Position numbers and translations under genes: made by a program
The notes under the pieces: generated by a model
What the model saw: only the letters and a program-made list of their open reading frames with translations
Database searches by the model: none
What the model was told of the DNA's origin: nothing
Source: Candidatus Krumholzibacteriota bacterium
Lineage (GTDB): Bacteria; Krumholzibacteriota; Krumholzibacteriia; JAJRXK01
Length of the DNA stretch: 64,000 nt
Direction of reading: 5' to 3'
NCBI GenBank assembly: GCA_963727455.1
Contig: CAVSGG010000005.1
Location: 480,001 to 544,000 of the forward strand
Shown: one piece after another, positions 58,544 to 64,000 of the stretch
Layout of the letters: every line of letters begins with the position of its first letter
Position numbering within the stretch: the stretch's first letter is position 1

Positions 58544-60061
58544 ATGAAGCGGCTCATCATCATCGGAATCGACGGCATGGACGCGGATTTCGTGGCGGAC
58601 CATCCCAAAGAGATGCCCAATTTCCACCGGCTCGGACAAAAGGGTTATGGGGGAGGCCTGTACACGGTATTTCCTTCGGATTCGATCCCCTCGTGGATCA
58701 CGATCTTTACCGGCATCCCGCCCGTCGATCACGGTATCCTCGATGCCATTGACTACTTCAAGAAGAACCACACCGATTTTTCCGTCGATACTTCCGTATT
58801 CAAGGGCCGCACTTTCTGGGACATCGCGTCCGATGCGGGTAAGAAAGTATGTGTCATCAATCCCTTCATGGCCTATCCGCCCTGGCGAGTGAATGGCTAT
58901 ATGGTCTCCGGGCCGGTCTTCGTGACGGACGGGAAGGAAGCCTCCTGGCCGGAGGAACTCGCGGCGGAGATGCCGATCCCTTCGATGGGAGGAATCGTCG
59001 ACTTCCCGTCCAAGGACACGCTCGGTCAGTTCCGCAAGGAGAGCATCGGATACACCGAAGCTCAACACCGCTTCTCGTTGGATCTGTTGCGGAAGAAGGG
59101 TCCCTTCGATCTCTTCTTCTCCACTTACCTCACGCTGGACCGAGTGCAGCATTTCTACTGGCGATATCACGACCGCCACGATCCCACGTACCCCGGACCC
59201 AGCGAACACGAAGGGGTGGTGTTGGAGTTTTATCAGCTCTTCGATCGTATCGTGGGTGAATACATGGAAGCAGCCGGCGACGACTATGAGATCATGGTGG
59301 TCAGCGACCACGGCCATGGGCGTCGCTGCACCAAGGTCGCGAACGTCAACGAGTACCTGCGGAGAAAGGGATGGCTGCATGCGCGGGGAGGAAACAAGAA
59401 TCTCCTGAACCCGCGGCGAATGGTCCAGAAGCTCAAGACCTCCGCCCTGAATACGCTGGACCGGCTCGACATGGTCGACGTGGCACATCGTATCGTGAAG
59501 ACTGTTCCCAAAGTGCGTGAATTAAAGAAGACCTCATTCCTCGTCGATGAGAAGGACAATCTCGTCTTTACTCCTCGTTTTGCCGGCACCAATCCCTGTG
59601 GGGGGGTATCCATAAACCGCGCCCTGTGTGAGGCGAGGGGTCTGAAGTACGACGAGCTTCGGGCCGAACTCAAGCGAGATCTTCTGGCCATGAAGGATGA
59701 AGCGACGAGCGAGGGACTCTTTCAATGGGTGCTGACACGCGAGGAGTACGTGGGAGACGGGCAGGCGATCGAGAAATTCCCCGATCTCGTGTTTCTCTTG
59801 AAGATGCAATACGGAACAGGTTGGGATCTGTTTGGCGATCTGGTCGATACGAATCCCACCCACCGCAAGATCTCCGGGGGACACAAACTGAGGGGCGTCC
59901 TCTACACGACTCTCAATCCGCATGCGGCGAACGGTGACATCGAGGAAACCCCTGCCGTTCACGACATCGCACCGTTGGTGCTGCGCACTTTCGGACTGCC
60001 GCGCCAACCATGGATGCGGCGAGTAGGGTACGCGAAGCCAGAGGTGGCATGCGAATCCTGA
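58544..60061 (+). CDS. Alkaline-phosphatase-superfamily type I phosphodiesterase/NPP-like protein
   Basis: IGIDGMD, PSDSIPSW...TG...HG, DRVQH..W, VSDHG, SGGH...G, DIAP; no signal peptide. Confidence 0.82.
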   Translation: MKRLIIIGIDGMDADFVADHPKEMPNFHRLGQKGYGGGLYTVFPSDSIPSWITIFTGIPPVDHGILDAIDYFKKNHTDFSVDTSVFKGRTFWDIASDAGKKVCVINPFMAYPPWRVNGYMVSGPVFVTDGKEASWPEELAAEMPIPSMGGIVDFPSKDTLGQFRKESIGYTEAQHRFSLDLLRKKGPFDLFFSTYLTLDRVQHFYWRYHDRHDPTYPGPSEHEGVVLEFYQLFDRIVGEYMEAAGDDYEIMVVSDHGHGRRCTKVANVNEYLRRKGWLHARGGNKNLLNPRRMVQKLKTSALNTLDRLDMVDVAHRIVKTVPKVRELKKTSFLVDEKDNLVFTPRFAGTNPCGGVSINRALCEARGLKYDELRAELKRDLLAMKDEATSEGLFQWVLTREEYVGDGQAIEKFPDLVFLLKMQYGTGWDLFGDLVDTNPTHRKISGGHKLRGVLYTTLNPHAANGDIEETPAVHDIAPLVLRTFGLPRQPWMRRVGYAKPEVACES

Positions 60062-61290
60062 TGGCGAACACCTACCACTATCTCCGCGGGGGAGATAGTG
60101 CGTACGCCTTGGGCATCTCCTCCGCCTTGGAGCAAGAGGGGCACCAAGTCATTCCCTTCGCGATGAAGGGTGACGCGAATTTCGCCTCGGACTTCGCGCC
60201 CTACTTCACACCTGAGCTTGATTACCCTGCAATGCAAGCAGAGGGTGGACTGACAAATTCGTGGAGAGTGGTCAGTAATTCCATCTACAATCGACGGGCC
60301 CGGCGCAATCTTAGCCGGCTCTTGGACGAGCACCAGGTCGACCTGGTTCACCTTCACTCCATCATGCATCACCTCACCGCCTCCATCGTTCTGGAGTGTC
60401 GACAACGTGGTATCCCCATCGTGTGGACTCTCCACGACGCCAAGGCGTGCTGTCCAACCACTCGGTTCATGCGCGAGGGAAGAGTGTGTCACGACTGCGC
60501 ACAAGGACGCTTCTACCGTGCGGTGACCACCCGTTGCAAGCGCGGCAGTCTTGCCGCCTCGGCCATCGTGGCCTTCGAACTCTATCTACACCGTTGGTGG
60601 CGAATCTACGAGAGAGCCAACCTACTTTTAGCTCCCAGCCGGTTTCTGAGAGACCTTCTCGTCAACACGGGGCTTCGTCCCCATCGCTTCGAAGTGTTGC
60701 CGAACTACGTGGATGTCGCGGGCTTCGATCCCGCTCAGGGGAGCGGTGAGTATGCACTCTATGTCGGGAGACTCTCCCCCGAGAAGGGTCTCGATGTACT
60801 CTTGAAGGCGGCCGCCCGGGAGCCGAGGATGCCCCTGCGGATCGCCGGTTCGGGTGAAATGGAGGGCCAGTTGCGCCAGGAGTGTCGCGAGCGAGGTCTC
60901 GCCAACGTGCACTTCGAAGGGCATGTCGATCAGAGACGAGTGAAGGAACTGCTGCACGATGCCCGCTGTCTCGTCCTTCCGAGTATCTGGGACGAGAATT
61001 GCCCCATCTCCATCCTGGAAGCGTTTGCCGCCGGAAGAGCGGTCCTGGCCAGTCGGAGTGGTGGGGTGCCCGAATTGGTCAGCCAGGGCGAGACGGGTCG
61101 CCTCGTCGAGCCCGGGAGGGTCGGTCCTCTGGCGGTTGCGCTCAAGGAGCTCGTGGAGGCGCCTGATGAATGGGTGCGTATGGGGCAGAAGGCTCGTGAG
61201 CAGGCCGAGCTTCGCTTCGACGCGAGCACCCACCTGGACTCCTTGCTCGGCTATTACGAAGAGGTATTGGCTGTGCGGAAGAACGACTGA
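60049..61290 (+). CDS. GT4 glycosyltransferase
   Basis: GG, GHQV, WTLHD...CP, Cys cluster, VGRLSPEKG, PSIWDENCPISILEA. Confidence 0.87.
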   Translation: MRILMANTYHYLRGGDSAYALGISSALEQEGHQVIPFAMKGDANFASDFAPYFTPELDYPAMQAEGGLTNSWRVVSNSIYNRRARRNLSRLLDEHQVDLVHLHSIMHHLTASIVLECRQRGIPIVWTLHDAKACCPTTRFMREGRVCHDCAQGRFYRAVTTRCKRGSLAASAIVAFELYLHRWWRIYERANLLLAPSRFLRDLLVNTGLRPHRFEVLPNYVDVAGFDPAQGSGEYALYVGRLSPEKGLDVLLKAAAREPRMPLRIAGSGEMEGQLRQECRERGLANVHFEGHVDQRRVKELLHDARCLVLPSIWDENCPISILEAFAAGRAVLASRSGGVPELVSQGETGRLVEPGRVGPLAVALKELVEAPDEWVRMGQKAREQAELRFDASTHLDSLLGYYEEVLAVRKND

Positions 61291-61299
61291 GGTTCAGCG

Positions 61300-62412
61300 G
61301 TGCGTATTACCTTCGTCTCTCCTCCTCTGTACGCCATGTTCGCGCGCCCCGACCTGCATTTTGCCGGGGGAGCGGAGTTTCAGCAGCTATCCCTGGCCCG
61401 GTGGCTGCGCGACCACGGACACGAGGTCTCGTTCGTGGTGGCCAACTTTGGACAGGGTGAGGTGGAGACGGCCGAAGGATTTCGCTTCTACCGCTCCTTC
61501 GTGCTGGGGGAGGGAAATCGCAAACTGCGCTTTCTTCCTGATATGATCAAGTTGCGCGAGGCCATTCACCGAAGTCGACCCGAAGTCGTCAACCAGCGCT
61601 CGACCTCCTTCTACACCGGCCAGTGCTGCTGGTTCAGCCACCAATGTGGCGCGGCCTTCACCTTTTCCCTGGGAATCGATTACAACTGCTGGCCCGATCT
61701 GCAGGGACGGGCCCCGAGGCCCATCCAGCAGCTCTACCGCTGGGGGGTCGAGCATGCAGAGCTGGTTTTGGCCCAGACCGAGTGGCAAGCTGCTCTGATG
61801 GAGAGAAACTTTCAATGCACTCCGGACGTGCTTCCCAACGTCCTGGAGATTCCCCCCGAGAGAAGCGACGGCGAAGAGGGGGATTACATCCTGTGGGTGG
61901 GCAGCCTCGCCAAGCGGAAGAGGCCCGAACTCTTCGTAGAGCTCGCGCGTGCGCTCCCGCAGCAGAACTTCGTTTTGGTTGGAGGGCCGGGAGAGGACCC
62001 GGGCTATGACGATGAAATGAAAAAGCACGCTTCCGATCTGCAAAATCTCGAGTGGCGTGGCTTCGTGTCTCCGTCGGAAATCGAAGAGGTGTATCGGGGT
62101 GCCCATCTTCTGGTCGGAACCTCGCGCCTGGAGGGTCTTCCCAACACCTATCTGCAAGCCTGGTCGCATGGGGTTCCCGTGATCACGGTGAGTGTCGATC
62201 CTGACGGAGCCATCGCGGAGAAGGGTCTAGGGGAAGTGGTGGGAGAAGAGGGAAACCTGGCTCTGGCAGTGGAGAAATGGATCCGTGACGCTCGGCTCTG
62301 TCGAGAGGCCGGGGCGCGAGGGCGCGAGCACGTGCGCGCGCGACATGACATCGAGAACGTGGCCCCGCGAGCGGTCGAACTCTTCGAGCGAGCACGGAGG
62401 GGCCATGTCTGA
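61300..62412 (+). CDS. GT4 glycosyltransferase
   Basis: GGAEFQ, LWVG.LAKRKRPELF, TS.LEGLPNTYLQAW..G.PV. Confidence 0.87.
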   Translation: MRITFVSPPLYAMFARPDLHFAGGAEFQQLSLARWLRDHGHEVSFVVANFGQGEVETAEGFRFYRSFVLGEGNRKLRFLPDMIKLREAIHRSRPEVVNQRSTSFYTGQCCWFSHQCGAAFTFSLGIDYNCWPDLQGRAPRPIQQLYRWGVEHAELVLAQTEWQAALMERNFQCTPDVLPNVLEIPPERSDGEEGDYILWVGSLAKRKRPELFVELARALPQQNFVLVGGPGEDPGYDDEMKKHASDLQNLEWRGFVSPSEIEEVYRGAHLLVGTSRLEGLPNTYLQAWSHGVPVITVSVDPDGAIAEKGLGEVVGEEGNLALAVEKWIRDARLCREAGARGREHVRARHDIENVAPRAVELFERARRGHV

Positions 62413-63520
62413 GAAAGTCCTTCGCGTTGCGATTCTCGGGACGCGCGGACTGCCGCCCCGCTACGGGGGACGGGAGACCGCAGCCGATGAGATCGGACGT
62501 CGCCTTGCCGCGCGTGGACACGAGGTAGTGGTGTACTGTCGTAACTACAACGTTTCCACCCCGCGACCGGCCGAGTATCAGGGCATTCGACTGGTTCATC
62601 TGCCGTCCATCCAGGAGAAGAACCTCGACACCCCTTTTCATCTTGTACTTTCTCTCATCCATTTGATTCTACGAGAAAGACCCCAGGTAGTGATTCTCAG
62701 CGGTTCAGGTACCGCCTTTGCCATCCCCATCCTGCATCTTTTCAGGAAGAAAACCGTCATGTGGGTGGACGGGAAAGCGTGGACCCGCGGCAAGTGGGGA
62801 GCATTCGCGCGCTGGTATTTGAAGCGTTCCGCACTGTTCGGTGTCAGGCACAGTGATGCGATCATCACCGACACTCCTCTGGCGCATCGCTTCTATCTGG
62901 AGGAGATGGGCCGTGAGACCGACTACATTCCCTACGGCGCGCAGGTGGAGACGGGTGGAGGGACGGAAACGCTCGATCGCTTGGGACTCGTCCCCGAGCA
63001 ATACCTGCTCTTCGTGGGGCGGTTGGTGCCGGAAAAGGGTGTGCAGTATCTCATCGAGGCCTTCGAGAGGATCGAAACCCCAAGACGCCTGGTGATCGTG
63101 GGGGATGACCCCTACCAGAAGGAGTTCGTCCAGGAGCTGAAGAGCACTCCGGACCCGCGGATACTCTTTACTGGCTATATCTTCGGGAAAGGCTTCCACG
63201 AGCTGATGCGCAACTGCCGCATCTATGTCCAGCCCAGTGACGTGGAGGGAACGAGTCCTGTACTCTTGAGTGCGATGGCCTACGGCCGGGCTGTCGTGGT
63301 CAACGGGATTCCGGAGAACTTGAATACCATGGGAGATGCCGGTCTTTCGTTTGCGCCAGGCGATGTTTCCCAACTGCAGGACAGACTCGAGGAACTGATG
63401 GAGGACGAAGAGAAGATTCGAGAACTCGGACGCCGTGCATCAGATCGAGTGCGTGCCCTGTACGATTGGGACAAGATTACTGACACCTTTGCTGCTCTAC
63501 TCACAAGTTTGACAGATTGA
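62405..63520 (+). CDS. GT4 glycosyltransferase (WchF-like N-terminus)
   Basis: AILGTRGLP..YGG.ET, VDG..W.R.KW, IPYGA, VGRLVPEKG, EG....LL.AM.YG. Confidence 0.87.
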   Translation: MSEKVLRVAILGTRGLPPRYGGRETAADEIGRRLAARGHEVVVYCRNYNVSTPRPAEYQGIRLVHLPSIQEKNLDTPFHLVLSLIHLILRERPQVVILSGSGTAFAIPILHLFRKKTVMWVDGKAWTRGKWGAFARWYLKRSALFGVRHSDAIITDTPLAHRFYLEEMGRETDYIPYGAQVETGGGTETLDRLGLVPEQYLLFVGRLVPEKGVQYLIEAFERIETPRRLVIVGDDPYQKEFVQELKSTPDPRILFTGYIFGKGFHELMRNCRIYVQPSDVEGTSPVLLSAMAYGRAVVVNGIPENLNTMGDAGLSFAPGDVSQLQDRLEELMEDEEKIRELGRRASDRVRALYDWDKITDTFAALLTSLTD

Positions 63521-63561
63521 CCGCGCACAACTGACGGGAGGATGAACGGTCTGCCACTCGA

Positions 63562-64000
63562 CTACTTATCCTCTCTCGATTTTGGAGCCCAGTAGATCGC
63601 TTTGCCCATACCACTTGTGTCGTGGCGCAGCTCGTATTCCTCCTGCCATCTTCGACGTTGCGCCTTGGTGCGAAAAAGCGCGTAATGAATGAAATCCTCT
63701 TTGATAACGCTCTCACCCTTTAAGCTTCTATCCAGAATGAAAACCCGCGGATGGTAAGTATCCATGAGGTCACCGATGAAAACCGAATCACTTCTGGAAT
63801 GCTCGAGCGCGAGATCGCGTGAGACCAGAGCACCCAAATCCAAGATTTTGCGCTTGGAGGCCCAGCCAATCAGACCAATGTCACCGGTCGCCACCAGATC
63901 GTCGCGATTCGTGTTGGATTGAAGCCAATCCGCAACTTTCTGATAACGGCCACCTACGGATTCTCGAATCCTCGCGCTTCGATAGCTCTGAAGGGTCATG
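63562..64000 (-). CDS. C-terminal part of a probable membrane glycosyltransferase-like protein (truncated by the window)
   Basis: Frame open to the window end; WL.......LVATGDIGLIGW....ILDLGALV resembles the soluble tail of GT-C-type proteins. Confidence 0.45.
   Translation of the reverse strand, partial: MTLQSYRSARIRESVGGRYQKVADWLQSNTNRDDLVATGDIGLIGWASKRKILDLGALVSRDLALEHSRSDSVFIGDLMDTYHPRVFILDRSLKGESVIKEDFIHYALFRTKAQRRRWQEEYELRHDTSGMGKAIYWAPKSREDK

Noticed and set aside
1-64000. CRISPR array, tRNA, rRNA, integrase or transposase
   Set aside because: No spaced direct repeats, cloverleafs or recombinase motifs were recognised; the intergenic gaps are few and short.

Overview
High-GC, gene-dense chromosomal segment from a diderm (LPS-making) bacterium, almost all on the + strand. 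1-12 kb: bacillithiol genes (bshC-like 3' end, bshB1, bshA), mobA/moaC, a complete tol-pal-cpoB operon behind a structured leader, and a lexA plus degenerate Y-family polymerase operon converging on a DUF72 gene. 12-27.6 kb: hsp20-lon, then an LPS core cluster (four GT9s, msbA, gmhB, GT2, DUF3108, an FAD-oxidoreductase/aldo-keto-reductase pair, a GT-C and a priming phosphoglycosyl transferase). 27.7-31.4 kb, the most striking element: a tight cluster of a UbiA prenyltransferase, acpS, a VTE5/FOLK-like prenol kinase, a farnesol-dehydrogenase-like SDR and a DUF92 (VTE6-like) protein. Together these look like a bacterial isoprenoid-alcohol salvage and prenylation pathway. 31.8-64 kb: a large Wzx/Wzy surface-polysaccharide locus with its own murB-murA pair, two paralogous ~815-aa membrane proteins, a nucleotidyltransferase, two alkaline-phosphatase-superfamily enzymes and a dTMP-kinase-like protein. 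Many single-base frameshifts (about 10.2, 14.5-21.6, 30.2 and 35.0-35.3 kb) look like sequencing or assembly indels. No rRNA, tRNA, CRISPR array or transposase was recognised. All family calls come from motif recognition by eye; no database search was run.
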